A stretch of DNA of 59,563 bases from assembly GCA_003141835.1 (NCBI GenBank), contig PLNR01000008.1:1-59563 (forward strand). Direction: 5' to 3'. This DNA is from Candidatus Omnitrophota bacterium (GTDB lineage Bacteria; Omnitrophota; Gorgyraeia; Pluralincolimonadales; Pluralincolimonadaceae). How positions within the stretch are numbered: position 1 is the first letter of the stretch; each line of letters starts with the position of its first letter. The notes beneath the pieces are model-generated. The model was not told where the DNA came from, did not search any database, and saw nothing but the letters and a program-made list of their open reading frames with translations. Shown one piece after another: positions 1-10,343 of the stretch. A program made the position numbers and the translations under genes.

Positions 1-21
1 GTATCAGAGGTTATAGCGTAA
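1..21 (+). CDS. 3' end of an upstream CDS (VSEVIA + TAA). It is compatible with the EF-Tu C-terminus but too short to prove.
   Basis: In-frame gta tca gag gtt ata gcg taa ends at 21. tuf commonly precedes rpsJ. Confidence 0.3.
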   Translation, partial: VSEVIA

Positions 22-23
22 AT

Positions 24-341
24 ATGACTACCACAGTCCAGAAAGCCAGGATCAGGATAAAACTCAGGGCGTATGATCATAGGGTCCTTGATCAGTCCGC
101 GGCCGAGATAGTAGAGACCGCGAAAAGGACAGGAGCGAAAGTTCTGGGACCGATACCTCTTCCTACGGATAGGGAAGTATACACGGTCCTGCGTTCGCCG
201 CACATTGACAAAAAGTCGCGCGAGCAGTTCCAGCTCAAGACCCACAAGCGCGTGCTCGACATAATCGAGCCCACTTCGAAGACGATCGATGCCTTGAAGA
301 AACTCGATCTTCCGGCCGGTGTGGATGTGGAGATAAAGTAA
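24..341 (+). CDS. rpsJ: 30S ribosomal protein S10
   Basis: 105 aa. [30 protein letters not shown]...GPIPLPT is the classic S10 sequence. It is the first gene of the S10 operon order. Confidence 0.97.
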   Translation: MTTTVQKARIRIKLRAYDHRVLDQSAAEIVETAKRTGAKVLGPIPLPTDREVYTVLRSPHIDKKSREQFQLKTHKRVLDIIEPTSKTIDALKKLDLPAGVDVEIK

Positions 342-369
342 ACAACCAAAACAATCAGGTAACCGCAAA

Positions 370-1089
370 ATGTCAGTGGGAATATTAGGAAAAAAAATAG
401 GAATGAGTCAGGTCTTCAGGGATGACGGGAGAGTTATACCCGTTACCGTGATCGAAGCAGGCCCCTGCAATATATTGCAGATCAAGACAAAGGCCAAAGA
501 CGGCTATGACGCCGTCCAGATCGGCTTCGGCGAGAAGAAAGAAAAGAACGTGAGCAAGCCTGACATGGGAAAATTCAAGAAGATAGACGTTACCCCGAAA
601 AGGTACGTCAGGGAGATCAAGACCTCGCCGGACCAGAAATTCGAGCTCGGCCAGCAGTTAAAAGTCGATCTCTTTGCCGCCGGCGACGCCGTCGATGTGA
701 TCGGTACCTCGATAGGAAAAGGGTTCCAGGGCGGCATGAAGAGATGGCACTGGAGGGGTGGAAAGAAGACGCATGGTTCCACATCGCACCGCAGGGTCGG
801 TTCAATAGGTTCATCTACTACCCCTGGTAGGGTTATAAGGGGTCATCATATGCCCGGGAGAATGGGCGGCGATACCGTGACCGTCCAGAACCTCGAGGTG
901 GTAAAGATAGATACGGAGAATAACCTCCTTGTAGTGGAAGGCGCTGTCCCCGGGCCAGCTAACAGCCTTTTGGTCATAAAGAAGGCGTTGAAACGCGCCA
1001 AGGCCAAGATCCCGCAGCTGGTGCTAACCATGGAGAAGAAAGACAAGAAGAAGGAAGCGGCCCCAAAGAAAGAGGCTAAGAAGAAATAA
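370..1089 (+). CDS. rplC: 50S ribosomal protein L3, with a Lys-rich C-terminal tail
   Basis: [22 protein letters not shown] and [11 protein letters not shown] motifs. Operon position fits. Confidence 0.97.
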   Translation: MSVGILGKKIGMSQVFRDDGRVIPVTVIEAGPCNILQIKTKAKDGYDAVQIGFGEKKEKNVSKPDMGKFKKIDVTPKRYVREIKTSPDQKFELGQQLKVDLFAAGDAVDVIGTSIGKGFQGGMKRWHWRGGKKTHGSTSHRRVGSIGSSTTPGRVIRGHHMPGRMGGDTVTVQNLEVVKIDTENNLLVVEGAVPGPANSLLVIKKALKRAKAKIPQLVLTMEKKDKKKEAAPKKEAKKK

Positions 1090-1718
1090 TGGCAGAAATA
1101 GAGATTTATAATATAAAAGGTAAATCGGTCGGGAAGATCGAACTCGATAAAGATATATTTAATGGCGAGGTCAACGAACCGATACTTCACCAGGTAATAA
1201 GGATGTATGAAGCCAACCAGAGGCAGGGTACCGCTTCCACTAAGACGCGTTCCGATGTTCGCGGCGGCGGCAAGAAGCCCTGGAAGCAGAAGGGCACCGG
1301 CCGCGCCAGGGCGGGTACAATAAGGTCTCCTTTATGGAGAGGCGGCGGTGTAGTATTCGGCCCGCATCCGAGAGATTATTCCTACCAGGTGCCAAAGTCG
1401 GTTAAGAGGCTCGCGCTGATCTCGAGCCTTAACGCGAAATTAAACGACAAGAATATGATAGTTATTGATGAGATTAAGCTCGAGAAGGCGAAGACGAAAG
1501 AGATCGCTGCGGCGCTGCGCAACTTAAAGGCGGAAAAGAAACCTTTGCTAGTGCTGGAAGAAAGAAATGAGACGGTGGTCAGGGCTTCGCGTAATATTGC
1601 CAACCTCCTGCTGAGGGATTACAAGTCGCTTAACGCGTACGAAGTGCTGAAACAGCAAAAGCTTGTTATGACCCAGAAGGCGCTTGCCGCCCTCACTAAA
1701 ATATTGGTGAAACAATGA
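1089..1718 (+). CDS. rplD: 50S ribosomal protein L4
   Basis: KPWKQKGTGRARAGTIRSPLWRGGGVVFGP motif. The ATG overlaps the rplC stop by 1 nt. Confidence 0.96.
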   Translation: MAEIEIYNIKGKSVGKIELDKDIFNGEVNEPILHQVIRMYEANQRQGTASTKTRSDVRGGGKKPWKQKGTGRARAGTIRSPLWRGGGVVFGPHPRDYSYQVPKSVKRLALISSLNAKLNDKNMIVIDEIKLEKAKTKEIAAALRNLKAEKKPLLVLEERNETVVRASRNIANLLLRDYKSLNAYEVLKQQKLVMTQKALAALTKILVKQ

Positions 1719-1996
1719 TACAGAAATATAAAATATTGAAAGGATTGCTCCATTCGGAGAAGGGTTCGACGCTGCTGCCTTTTAATAAATATGTTTTCGA
1801 AGTCTACAAGGACGCCAATAAGGCGGAGATAAAGAAAGCCATCGAGCTGGTATACAAAGTCAAGGTGAAGGACGTCAACACCATGATAATGTCGGGCAAG
1901 TGGCGCAAGGTAAGGTTCAAGCCGGGTAAGACGCCCGATTGGAAGAAGGCGATAGTCACATTGCGCCAGGGCGATAAGATAGACGTAACGACATAA
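1715..1996 (+). CDS. rplW: 50S ribosomal protein L23
   Basis: 93 aa. [36 protein letters not shown] overlap with rplD. Confidence 0.95.
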   Translation: MIQKYKILKGLLHSEKGSTLLPFNKYVFEVYKDANKAEIKKAIELVYKVKVKDVNTMIMSGKWRKVRFKPGKTPDWKKAIVTLRQGDKIDVTT

Positions 1997-2006
1997 GGCA
2001 GACCAA

Positions 2007-2831
2007 ATGCTAAAGACATATAAACCATATACGAAATCAAGAAGGTGGATGACATCGTCGGATTTCTCGATGTTGACGAAGAAAGAGCCGGAGAAGAATC
2101 TTCTCCTTCCGAAGAGGAAGAAGGCCGGGCGCAATAACCACGGCCATGTGACCGTACGCCACCAGGGCGGCGGCCATAAGAGGATGATCAGGATTGTGGA
2201 TTTTAAGCGTGACAAGGCCGGCGTACCTTCCAAGGTTATCGCGCTGGAGTACGATCCGAACAGGTCGGCTTTCCTCGCGCTGCTTGAATATGAGGGCGGG
2301 GAGCGCAGGTATATCATAGCCCCGGTTGACCTGAAGGTAGGAGATGCGGTGATGTCCGGACCAGACGCCGATATAAAACCCGGCAATGCGCTGCCGATAA
2401 AGAATATACCGGTAGGTACATTTATACATAATATCGAGCTGGCCAAAGGTATGGGCGCGAAGATCGTCCGTTCGGCGGGAACGACCGCGCAGCTCATGGC
2501 GAAGGAAGGCGAGTACTCCAACATAAAACTGCCTTCGGGCGAGATACGTCTTATCCACCTTGACTGCTATGCGACGATCGGCCAGGTAGGCAACGTCGAC
2601 CACGGAAAAATATCGATAGGAAAGGCCGGAAGGAAGAGATGGATGGGTATACGCCCGACGGTAAGAGGCGTTGCGATGAACCCGCACGACCATCCGCACG
2701 GCGGCGGCGAAGGCAAGTCCGGGCAGGGTAACCCGCATCCGGTTTCACGCGAGGGTTTGCTTGCCAAGGGTTTCAGGACCAGGAAAAAAGGCAAGTATTC
2801 TGACAGATTGATAATCAAGCGGAGGAGATAA
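2007..2831 (+). CDS. rplB: 50S ribosomal protein L2
   Basis: [19 protein letters not shown] and [13 protein letters not shown] motifs. Confidence 0.97.
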   Translation: MLKTYKPYTKSRRWMTSSDFSMLTKKEPEKNLLLPKRKKAGRNNHGHVTVRHQGGGHKRMIRIVDFKRDKAGVPSKVIALEYDPNRSAFLALLEYEGGERRYIIAPVDLKVGDAVMSGPDADIKPGNALPIKNIPVGTFIHNIELAKGMGAKIVRSAGTTAQLMAKEGEYSNIKLPSGEIRLIHLDCYATIGQVGNVDHGKISIGKAGRKRWMGIRPTVRGVAMNPHDHPHGGGEGKSGQGNPHPVSREGLLAKGFRTRKKGKYSDRLIIKRRR

Positions 2832-2834
2832 TAG

Positions 2835-3116
2835 ATGGGTCGCTCGGCTAAAAAAGGGCCGTTTGTTGAACCGAAACTGCTCAAGAAGATAGAGAAGATG
2901 AAGGGCGACAAGAAGCCCATCAAGACATGGTCAAGAAGGTCGACCGTCATCCCGGAATTTATCGGTTATACTTTCCTGGTGCATAACGGGAACAAGTTCA
3001 TCCCGGTCTTTGTCACTGAGAATATGGTAGGGCACAAGCTCGGGGAGTTCGCCCCGACGAGGACATTCAGGAGGCATGGCGGCGTCAAGTCTAAAGAAGC
3101 GCCGGCTGTAACTTAA
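2835..3116 (+). CDS. rpsS: 30S ribosomal protein S19
   Basis: [10 protein letters not shown] and [29 protein letters not shown]. Confidence 0.97.
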   Translation: MGRSAKKGPFVEPKLLKKIEKMKGDKKPIKTWSRRSTVIPEFIGYTFLVHNGNKFIPVFVTENMVGHKLGEFAPTRTFRRHGGVKSKEAPAVT

Positions 3117-3137
3117 ACCAGAGGATAATCGAAAGAG

Positions 3138-3554
3138 ATGGTATCAGTAGGAAGAGCGACAGCTAAATATATAAAGACATCCCCTTATAAGATGCGCAAG
3201 GTCATAGACCTTATCAGGGGCAAGGACGTGAATTCGGCGATGGGCCTCCTGGAGAACGTCGAAAAACATTCACGCGTCTACCTGATCCGTGCATTGAAAT
3301 CCGCGATCGCCTCAGCGAAGCAGGGCGGGAAAGTAAAGCAGGACCAGCTTTTCATCTGGAAGATAACCGCAGATGACGGCCCCACAATGAGGCGGTATAA
3401 AGCCCAGGCTATGGGCAGGGCGACGATGATACGCAAGAGGACCAGCCACATAATAATCGAACTGGGCATGATGGAAGTGCCGGTTAAGAAAACTCCCGCT
3501 AAAGGCGTCGCGCCAAAAACGGGGAAGAAATTAGGAGGCGTTAGTGGGTCATAA
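3138..3554 (+). CDS. rplV: 50S ribosomal protein L22
   Basis: Operon position between S19 and S3. [17 protein letters not shown] motif. Confidence 0.94.
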   Translation: MVSVGRATAKYIKTSPYKMRKVIDLIRGKDVNSAMGLLENVEKHSRVYLIRALKSAIASAKQGGKVKQDQLFIWKITADDGPTMRRYKAQAMGRATMIRKRTSHIIIELGMMEVPVKKTPAKGVAPKTGKKLGGVSGS

Positions 3555-4248
3555 AGTAAATCCGATATCAATGAGGTTGGGATACATAAAGAACTGGAAA
3601 TCCCGCTGGTTTGCCAGGAAGAAGGGATTTGCCGATTTCCTCCACGAGGATCTAGATATTCGTAAATACGTCAAAAAGAGCTTTTCCGCGGCCGGCATAT
3701 CATCCATAGATATCGAACGCGCCAGCAACAGGGCAAAGGTCATAATACATACCGCCAGGCCCGGTATCATAATCGGCAGGAAGGGCGCCGATATCGACCG
3801 CCTGCGCGACGACTTGCAGGATAAGACGAAGAAAGAGATATATATAGAGATAAAAGAGGTGAAGAACCCCGCTATAGATGCACAGCTTGTGGCGGAGAAC
3901 ATCGCCTTCCAGCTGGAGAAGCGCATCGCCTTCAGGCGCGCGATGAAGAAAGCGGTCCAGCAGGCCATGAATTCCGGCGCTCAGGGAATAAAGGTCAAAT
4001 GCGCGGGAAGGCTCGGCGGCGCAGAAATGTCCCGTACCGAGGGCTATAAAGAAGGAAAGGTCCCGCTCCAGACTTTCAGGGCGGACATAGATTACGGTTT
4101 TACCGAGGCGCATACCACTTACGGCCTCATAGGCGTAAAATCGTGGATATACAAGGGCGATATCCTCGACAAGAAAGAGATAGCGAAGGCGTCGGGTGAG
4201 GATACCGAGGGAACGGGTAAGGCGCCCGAGGCACCCGCACAAAGTTAA
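3544..4248 (+). CDS. rpsC: 30S ribosomal protein S3
   Basis: GTG start. [12 protein letters not shown], a KH-domain region, and [12 protein letters not shown]. Confidence 0.96.
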   Translation: MGHKVNPISMRLGYIKNWKSRWFARKKGFADFLHEDLDIRKYVKKSFSAAGISSIDIERASNRAKVIIHTARPGIIIGRKGADIDRLRDDLQDKTKKEIYIEIKEVKNPAIDAQLVAENIAFQLEKRIAFRRAMKKAVQQAMNSGAQGIKVKCAGRLGGAEMSRTEGYKEGKVPLQTFRADIDYGFTEAHTTYGLIGVKSWIYKGDILDKKEIAKASGEDTEGTGKAPEAPAQS

Positions 4249-4292
4249 TGAATCCCTTACTTTTATAAAAGTAAGGGACAAGGAGTATTTAG

Positions 4293-4715
4293 ATGGCGTT
4301 ATTTCCAAAAAGAGTAAAATACAGAAAGTCGCAAAGAGGCAGGCGCAAGGGCGTAGCGATGACCGGTTCGACGATAGCTTTCGGCGAATACGGCCTCCAG
4401 GTCCTCGAGAACGGCTGGATAAAGAATACACAGATTGAGGCGGCAAGAGTCGTTATCTCGCGCCACCTTAAGGGCGGCGGCAAGGCCTGGATAAGGATAT
4501 TCCCGGATAAGCCGGTAAGCAAGAAGCCCGCCGAAACGAGGATGGGTAAAGGAAAAGGCATGACAGACCACTGGGTCGCCGTCGTAAAGCGCGGCAGGAT
4601 CATGTTTGAGGTCGAAGGCCTTCCCGAGTCGATAGCAAAAGAGGCGATGCGCTTGGCTTCCTCGAAACTTCCTTTAAAAACCAAATTTGTGGCCAGGGCC
4701 AGAGCGGCCGCATAA
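4293..4715 (+). CDS. rplP: 50S ribosomal protein L16
   Basis: [15 protein letters not shown] and RMGKGKG motifs. AAGGAG lies 7 nt upstream of the ATG. Confidence 0.97.
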   Translation: MALFPKRVKYRKSQRGRRKGVAMTGSTIAFGEYGLQVLENGWIKNTQIEAARVVISRHLKGGGKAWIRIFPDKPVSKKPAETRMGKGKGMTDHWVAVVKRGRIMFEVEGLPESIAKEAMRLASSKLPLKTKFVARARAAA

Positions 4716-4734
4716 CCCGGGGAATCAACTTAAG

Positions 4735-4935
4735 ATGCCGATGAAAACACAGGAATTAAGGAATATGGCTGCGGAGGAGCTTAAAGCGAAATATAACGTG
4801 CTTACGGAATCGCTCTTCAAGCTGAACCAGCAGGCTAAGATCGGGAAACTCGAGAAGCCCGACCAGATCCGCCAGATGAGGAAAGATATCGCGCGGATAC
4901 TGACCATAATAAGGGAAAAGGATATCAAGATATGA
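4735..4935 (+). CDS. rpmC: 50S ribosomal protein L29
   Basis: The ORF-track model (4687) was trimmed to the internal ATG at 4735 (MPMKTQELRNM...). The 66-aa length and the ELRNMAAEELKAK... sequence are typical of L29. Confidence 0.9.
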   Translation: MPMKTQELRNMAAEELKAKYNVLTESLFKLNQQAKIGKLEKPDQIRQMRKDIARILTIIREKDIKI

Positions 4936-5180
4936 ACGAAAGAGGCAACAGGAAAGAACTATTAGGTATAGTGACCAGCGACAAGATGCAGAACACCATC
5001 GTCGTGAAAGTGGAATCCTTCCAGAAGCACGCGGACTACAAGAGGACCATCCGCCGCGTGAAGAAGTTCAAGGTTCATGACGAGGAGAAGAAGGCGAAGG
5101 TCGGCGACAGGGTAAAGATAGTCGAGACCCGCCCCATATCAAAAGACAAGAGATGGAGATTGGTTGAGGTCTTGAAATGA
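4932..5180 (+). CDS. rpsQ: 30S ribosomal protein S17
   Basis: [19 protein letters not shown] and [29 protein letters not shown] overlap. Confidence 0.96.
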   Translation: MNERGNRKELLGIVTSDKMQNTIVVKVESFQKHADYKRTIRRVKKFKVHDEEKKAKVGDRVKIVETRPISKDKRWRLVEVLK

Positions 5181-5545
5181 TACAGCTGCGCTCGATATTA
5201 GTGGTCGCCGATAACACCGGCGCGAAGAAGGCCGCCATGATACAGGTCTTGGGGCGCCAGGGGAAGGTCATGGCCGACCTCGGGGATATAATCAAGATCC
5301 ACATAAAGGAATCTACTCCTGATGCGATAGTAAAGAAAGGCGAGGTCGCGAACGCCGTCGTGGTAAGGCTGAAATCCCCGACAAGGAGGTCGGACGGTTC
5401 TTACCTGAGGTTCGACAGCAACGCGATCGTCATAATAGATACCCAGAAGAACCCCAGGGGAACGAGGATATTCGGCCCTGTGGCAAGGGAATTGCGCGAC
5501 AGGGGTTTTTCGAAGATAATATCTTTGGCTCCAGAGGTGATATAG
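5177..5545 (+). CDS. rplN: 50S ribosomal protein L14
   Basis: [19 protein letters not shown]-terminus. 122 aa. Confidence 0.97.
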   Translation: MIQLRSILVVADNTGAKKAAMIQVLGRQGKVMADLGDIIKIHIKESTPDAIVKKGEVANAVVVRLKSPTRRSDGSYLRFDSNAIVIIDTQKNPRGTRIFGPVARELRDRGFSKIISLAPEVI

Positions 5546-5860
5546 ATGATAAGGATCAGAAAGAACGATACGGTAATGATAATCAAGGGCAAGGATAACG
5601 GCAAGAGCGGGCGCGTCATGAAGGTCCTTCAAGCTGCAGGGAAAGCCATTGTCGAAGGGCGCAATTTCGTCAAGAAACATGCCCACAAGACCCAGAAAAA
5701 TCCGCAGGGCGGGATAATACAGATCGAAAGCCCCATATCGCTGTCAAACCTTATGCCGGTCTGCCCCAAATGCAGCAAAGCGGTCAGGGTCGGGATAGCG
5801 GCCGGTAAGGACGGCAAGAAGACGAGGATATGCATGAAATGCAAGGAGGCGCTTGCCTGA
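5546..5860 (+). CDS. rplX: 50S ribosomal protein L24, with a CxxC...CxxC C-terminal segment
   Basis: KOW motif [25 protein letters not shown]-terminal CPKC...CMKC. Confidence 0.95.
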   Translation: MIRIRKNDTVMIIKGKDNGKSGRVMKVLQAAGKAIVEGRNFVKKHAHKTQKNPQGGIIQIESPISLSNLMPVCPKCSKAVRVGIAAGKDGKKTRICMKCKEALA

Positions 5861-6435
5861 TGAAAACAGCTACTGCTAAACCCAGGCTCGAAGGCTTCTA
5901 CCATAAGGAAGTGATGCCGCAGCTGGCAAAGAAATTCGGTTACAAGAACGTTTTCCAGGTGCCCCGCATAAAGAAGATAGTCATAAACATGGGAGTCGGC
6001 GAGGGCGCTGAAGACATAAAGATAATCGAGGCCGCGCTTGCGGACCTCACTACCATTTCCGGGCAGAAGCCGGTGATGACGCGCGCCAAGAAAGCTATCG
6101 CGAATTTCAAGATAAAAGAGGGTTCTCCCATAGGATGCAAGGTTACTTTGCGCGGAGCGAAGATGTACGAATTCTTGGACAGGTTGGTCAATGTCGCCCT
6201 CCCCAGGATCAAGGACTTCCGCGGCGTCCCGTCGGAGACCTTCGACGGTTCCGGCAATTACGCCCTCGGCCTGCGCGAGCAGACGATATTCCCGGAGATA
6301 GATGCTGACAAGATCTCGAAGGTGCAGGGTATGGATGTTATCATAGTGACGAGCGCGAAATCAAATGACGAAGCGAGGGAGATGTTGCGTATTTTCGGCA
6401 TGCCCTTTAAAAAACAAGGCATAGGAAATGGCTAA
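5860..6435 (+). CDS. rplE: 50S ribosomal protein L5
   Basis: The ORF-track model (5830) was trimmed to the ATG at 5860, which overlaps the rpl[19 protein letters not shown] and [15 protein letters not shown]. Confidence 0.94.
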   Translation: MKTATAKPRLEGFYHKEVMPQLAKKFGYKNVFQVPRIKKIVINMGVGEGAEDIKIIEAALADLTTISGQKPVMTRAKKAIANFKIKEGSPIGCKVTLRGAKMYEFLDRLVNVALPRIKDFRGVPSETFDGSGNYALGLREQTIFPEIDADKISKVQGMDVIIVTSAKSNDEAREMLRIFGMPFKKQGIGNG

Positions 6436-6613
6436 AAAATCTTTAATAGAGAAATGGAAAAGGCCGGCTAAATTCTCGGCGAGGAAATACAACAGGTGCC
6501 GTCTCTGCGGCAGATCAGGCGGTTATTTGCGCAGGTTCGAGCTCTGCCGTATCTGTTTCAGGGAGTTGGCATCGAAGGGTGAGATCCCCGGTATAACAAA
6601 AGCAAGCTGGTAA
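6428..6613 (+). CDS. rpsN: 30S ribosomal protein S14, type Z (zinc-binding short form)
   Basis: 61 aa. [38 protein letters not shown]. Confidence 0.96.
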   Translation: MAKKSLIEKWKRPAKFSARKYNRCRLCGRSGGYLRRFELCRICFRELASKGEIPGITKASW

Positions 6614-6632
6614 TAATCTAAAAGGAATAGAA

Positions 6633-7022
6633 ATGTCCATTACAGATCCGATAGCTGATTTTTTGACACTGATAAGGAACGCGACCCGCGCCAAGAAAGA
6701 GAACGTGGATGTCGTGCAGTCCAGGATGAACAAGGAGATCCTCGAGATTATGAAGAGGGAGGGTTACATCTCCGACTTCAAACCGCTCGAGGAGTCGCGC
6801 AAGGTCCGCGTCTACCTGAAATATTCATCGAACCGCAGCGTCATAAAGAATGTGAGGAAGATATCTAAGCCGGGATTAAGGGTATATACGCCTTACAGCA
6901 AGATCCCGATCGTACTGCGCGGGCTCGGCGTGGCCGTCATATCGACCTCCAAAGGCGTAATAACCAACAAAGAAGCCCGGGAACTTAAAGTGGGCGGCGA
7001 AGTATTGTGCTATATATGGTAA
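6633..7022 (+). CDS. rpsH: 30S ribosomal protein S8
   Basis: DPIADFLTLIRNA N-terminus and GGEVLCYIW C-terminus. Confidence 0.96.
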   Translation: MSITDPIADFLTLIRNATRAKKENVDVVQSRMNKEILEIMKREGYISDFKPLEESRKVRVYLKYSSNRSVIKNVRKISKPGLRVYTPYSKIPIVLRGLGVAVISTSKGVITNKEARELKVGGEVLCYIW

Positions 7023-7082
7023 GCAATATATATTGCTTACCATATATATGGTGAATCCCGCAAGCGCGGGAAAAGGTGAAAA

Positions 7083-7628
7083 ATGTCAAGAGTAGGTAAG
7101 AAACCAATACAGATAATCAAAGGCGTCAAGGTCAACATTAACGGGGATTCCGTCCTCGTGGAAGGCCCGAAGGGCAAACTTTCGATGCAGATGCATCCCG
7201 CTATCAAAGCCGAAGTGAAAGGCGAGCAGGTCATAGTGGCGCCCCATGAGGCCAGCGAATCGCTTAAGAACGCGGGCGCGCTGCACGGGCTTACCAGGTC
7301 GCTCATCAACAATATGATCTTAGGCGTCACCAGCGGATACCAGAAAGAACTTGAGATACAGGGCGTAGGTTTCAGGGCCCAGGTCAGCGGGAAAAAACTC
7401 GTATTACTGGTAGGGTTTTCGCATCCGGTTGATTTCCAGATCCCCGATGGAATTGTCATCGAGGCGCCCAAGCCCACCCAGCTGATCATCAAGGGCATAG
7501 ACAAGCATAAGGTAGGCCAGGTTGCCGCTGAGATAAGGGATATATTCCCACCCGAACCCTATAAAGGCAAAGGCATAAGATATTTGGGCGAATATGTGAG
7601 AAGGAAAGTTGGAAAGGCGGTAGGTTAA
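7083..7628 (+). CDS. rplF: 50S ribosomal protein L6
   Basis: MSRVGKKPI N-terminus. 181 aa. Operon position fits. Confidence 0.96.
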   Translation: MSRVGKKPIQIIKGVKVNINGDSVLVEGPKGKLSMQMHPAIKAEVKGEQVIVAPHEASESLKNAGALHGLTRSLINNMILGVTSGYQKELEIQGVGFRAQVSGKKLVLLVGFSHPVDFQIPDGIVIEAPKPTQLIIKGIDKHKVGQVAAEIRDIFPPEPYKGKGIRYLGEYVRRKVGKAVG

Positions 7629-7633
7629 TAATA

Positions 7634-7996
7634 ATGGCTATCAATAAAGAATTCCACAGGAAGAGGCGTCATAATAGGATCAGGAGAAGGATCATCGGCA
7701 CCAAAGATAAGCCGAGGATGTCCGTCCACAGGAGCATAAACAATATCTGCGTCCAACTCGTAGACGATATCGGGGGCGTGACGATCTGCGCCGTGTCGAC
7801 TATGGACAAGGGTTTCAAGGAAAAGGCCAAGACCGGCGGGAACGTAAAGGCCGCTCAGGCTTTAGGCGAGATGATCGCGAAAGCGGGCCAGGCAAAAGGC
7901 GTAAAGAAGGTCGTCTTCGACAGGGGCGGGTATCTTTATCACGGCAGGATCAAGGCCCTGGCAGATTCCGCCAGGAAAGCCGGACTAGAATTTTAG
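7634..7996 (+). CDS. rplR: 50S ribosomal protein L18
   Basis: RRHNRIRRRIIGTKDKPRMSVHRSINNICVQLVDD. Confidence 0.96.
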   Translation: MAINKEFHRKRRHNRIRRRIIGTKDKPRMSVHRSINNICVQLVDDIGGVTICAVSTMDKGFKEKAKTGGNVKAAQALGEMIAKAGQAKGVKKVVFDRGGYLYHGRIKALADSARKAGLEF

Positions 7997-8037
7997 CCCT
8001 AAAGGGTTCGAAAAAAAAGTAATACAGGAGAGAAAAA

Positions 8038-8520
8038 TTGGCAGAACGCAGAGATCAGGATAAACAATTAACCGAAAAGGTATTAAGCATTAACCGCGTC
8101 GCTAAGGTCACCAAAGGCGGCAAGAAGATGTCGTTTTCCGCCCTGCTCGTCGTCGGCGACGGAAAAGGCAAGGTCGGATTCGGATACGGCAAGGCTAACG
8201 AAGTGGCTGAGGCTATCAGGAAAGGCCTTGTCGACGCGAGAAGAAGGATGTTCCAGGTAGAGATTTCCGGAACGACCATACCCCATGAAGTGATCGGCAA
8301 ATACGGCGCAGGCAAGGTATTGCTTAAGCCCGCTTCTCCCGGTACCGGAGTAATCGCCGGAGGCCCGATAAGGGCGCTCTGCGACGCCGCCGGGATAAAG
8401 GATATACTTTCCAAGTCATTCGGCTCGGACAATGCCTTAAACGTCATAAAGGCGGCGGTCGTGGGCCTCAAGAGCCTCAGTAACAGGGAAGAGAGCAAGA
8501 GAATAAAAGGAGCGATCTAA
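8038..8520 (+). CDS. rpsE: 30S ribosomal protein S5
   Basis: TTG start. [39 protein letters not shown]. Confidence 0.95.
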   Translation: MAERRDQDKQLTEKVLSINRVAKVTKGGKKMSFSALLVVGDGKGKVGFGYGKANEVAEAIRKGLVDARRRMFQVEISGTTIPHEVIGKYGAGKVLLKPASPGTGVIAGGPIRALCDAAGIKDILSKSFGSDNALNVIKAAVVGLKSLSNREESKRIKGAI

Positions 8521-9000
8521 GTGAAGCTAGGCGAGATACATGTCCCCGCTGGGGCTACAAAGAAAAGAAAGATAGTAGGCAGGGGGCCCGGTTCCGGCCA
8601 CGGCAAGACCTCCACGAGAGGCCAGAAGGGCCAGAAGTCCAGGTCCGGCGCCCATATCCACCCGGAGTTCGAGGGCGGCCAGATGCCTTTGATAAGAAGG
8701 GTCCCTAAGAGGGGTTTCACGAACAGGTTCAAGAAAAAGTTCCAGATCGTAAACCTCGCGGATCTTAAGTCCTTTAAGGAGAACTCGATAGTCACTCCTG
8801 AGGAGTTGGTCAAGGAAGGTATCATCAAAAATACGAAAATTAAGGTCAAGATATTGGGCGGCGGAGAGATAACGAAACCCCTGACCGTAAAAGCGGATTC
8901 ATTTTCGGCGGGTGCTGCCGAGAAGATACAAAAAGCGGGCGGTAAAGCAGAGATCGTTTCCGCCACAATTCATGGCGGATCCGCTTCGGGCGGAAAATAA
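8521..9000 (+). CDS. rplO: 50S ribosomal protein L15
   Basis: The GTG start directly abuts the rpsE TAA. GRGPGSGHGKTSTRGQKGQKSRSG. Confidence 0.94.
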   Translation: MKLGEIHVPAGATKKRKIVGRGPGSGHGKTSTRGQKGQKSRSGAHIHPEFEGGQMPLIRRVPKRGFTNRFKKKFQIVNLADLKSFKENSIVTPEELVKEGIIKNTKIKVKILGGGEITKPLTVKADSFSAGAAEKIQKAGGKAEIVSATIHGGSASGGK

Positions 9001-9005
9001 TAGAC

Positions 9006-10343
9006 ATGATCAAAGCGTTCGGCAATATATTAAAGATACCCGAATTAAAGAAGAAGCTCCTCGTCACGGTGGCGCTTCTCGCGGTCTACTGCCTCGGCAG
9101 GTACATACCGACGCCGGGTATTGACGGCCACGCTCTTTCTCAATTCATAGAACAGGAATCGAAGAGGTCAGGCGGGACATTGTTTGACATCATGGACCTT
9201 TTTACCGGTAAGGCCATGTCCCAGATGACGATCTTCGCCTTCGGCATCATGCCTTATATATCAAGCTCGATCATAATGCAGCTTTTGACGTTCGCATTCC
9301 CTTATTTCGAGAAACTTGCCAAGGAAGGCGGGGAGCACGGCCGCAGGATGATAACCCAGTATACGCGTTACGGCACCCTCGTTATCGGCGCCATCCAGGC
9401 GTTGTTCACGAGCTTCTGGCTCGAGAATCTCCACCACTCTATCGGCATCCAGATAGTCCAGAACCCGGGATGGGGTTTCAGGCTTATAACCATCCTGACG
9501 CTGGTCAGCGGTACGGCTTTTATCATGTGGCTCGGCGAGCAGATAACCGAGTACGGCATCGGGAACGGCATGTCCATAATAATCACCGCCTCGATCATTT
9601 CGAGGATCCCGACGGCCATGAATAACCTGGCAAAACTGGTTTCCGCCGGTCAGCTGAACGTATTCACGCTGGTCCTTATGGCGATAATGATCTTCGCGGT
9701 CATCATCGCGGTCATACTGATAACCCAGGCGCAGAGGCGCATCCCGGTCCAATACGCGAAACGGATCGTGGGAAGAAAAGTGATGGGCGGCCAGAGCACA
9801 TACCTCCCGTTGAGGGTGAACCAGGCAGGCGTCATCCCGATAATCTTCGCGCAATCGATCCTGCTCTTTCCGGCGACGCTAGCGCAGTTCATACCGAACC
9901 AGACGGTAAAGAGCATGTTAGATTTCTTAAAGCATGGCGGTATCGTTTACACGATATTCTACGCGGCATTGATAATATTCTTCACATATTTCTATACGGC
10001 CGTAACCCTGAATCCGCGCGACCTGGCGGATAACATGAAAAAATACGGCGGTTTTGTCCCGGGAGTAAGGCCGGGCAGGCCGACCGAGGATTATTTCAAT
10101 TTTATTTTAAACCGCGTCACGTTGCCCGGAGCTATCTTCCTGGCGATAATAGCCATAATCCCGGATTTCATCGGCAAATGGCTCCAGATACCGTATTTGG
10201 TGGCTAGCTTCTTCGGAGGCACCGCGCTCCTTATCATAGTCGGTGTCATGCTCGATACGATGAAGCAGATCGAGTCGTTCCTGTTGATGCGCCACTACGA
10301 CGGTTTCATGAAGTCCGGCAGGTTGAAGGCTAGGGGCCGGTGA
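9006..10343 (+). CDS. secY: Preprotein translocase subunit SecY
   Basis: 445 aa with 10 TM-like segments. FAFGIMPYISSSIIMQLL motif. Canonical position after rplO. Confidence 0.97.
   Translation: MIKAFGNILKIPELKKKLLVTVALLAVYCLGRYIPTPGIDGHALSQFIEQESKRSGGTLFDIMDLFTGKAMSQMTIFAFGIMPYISSSIIMQLLTFAFPYFEKLAKEGGEHGRRMITQYTRYGTLVIGAIQALFTSFWLENLHHSIGIQIVQNPGWGFRLITILTLVSGTAFIMWLGEQITEYGIGNGMSIIITASIISRIPTAMNNLAKLVSAGQLNVFTLVLMAIMIFAVIIAVILITQAQRRIPVQYAKRIVGRKVMGGQSTYLPLRVNQAGVIPIIFAQSILLFPATLAQFIPNQTVKSMLDFLKHGGIVYTIFYAALIIFFTYFYTAVTLNPRDLADNMKKYGGFVPGVRPGRPTEDYFNFILNRVTLPGAIFLAIIAIIPDFIGKWLQIPYLVASFFGGTALLIIVGVMLDTMKQIESFLLMRHYDGFMKSGRLKARGR

Noticed and set aside
1619-2524. Long antisense ORFs opposite highly conserved genes. 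Examples: 1619-2524 (301 aa), 20509-21525 (338 aa), 31920-32762 (280 aa), 42246-43016 (256 aa), 54788-55567 (259 aa), 9261-9854 (197 aa).
   Set aside because: Each lies entirely opposite one or two + strand genes with unmistakable family motifs. Several run straight across gene boundaries. Their translations are low-complexity or Arg/Leu/Ser-rich with no recognisable motifs. They are shadow ORFs, typical of the codon periodicity of the sense genes.
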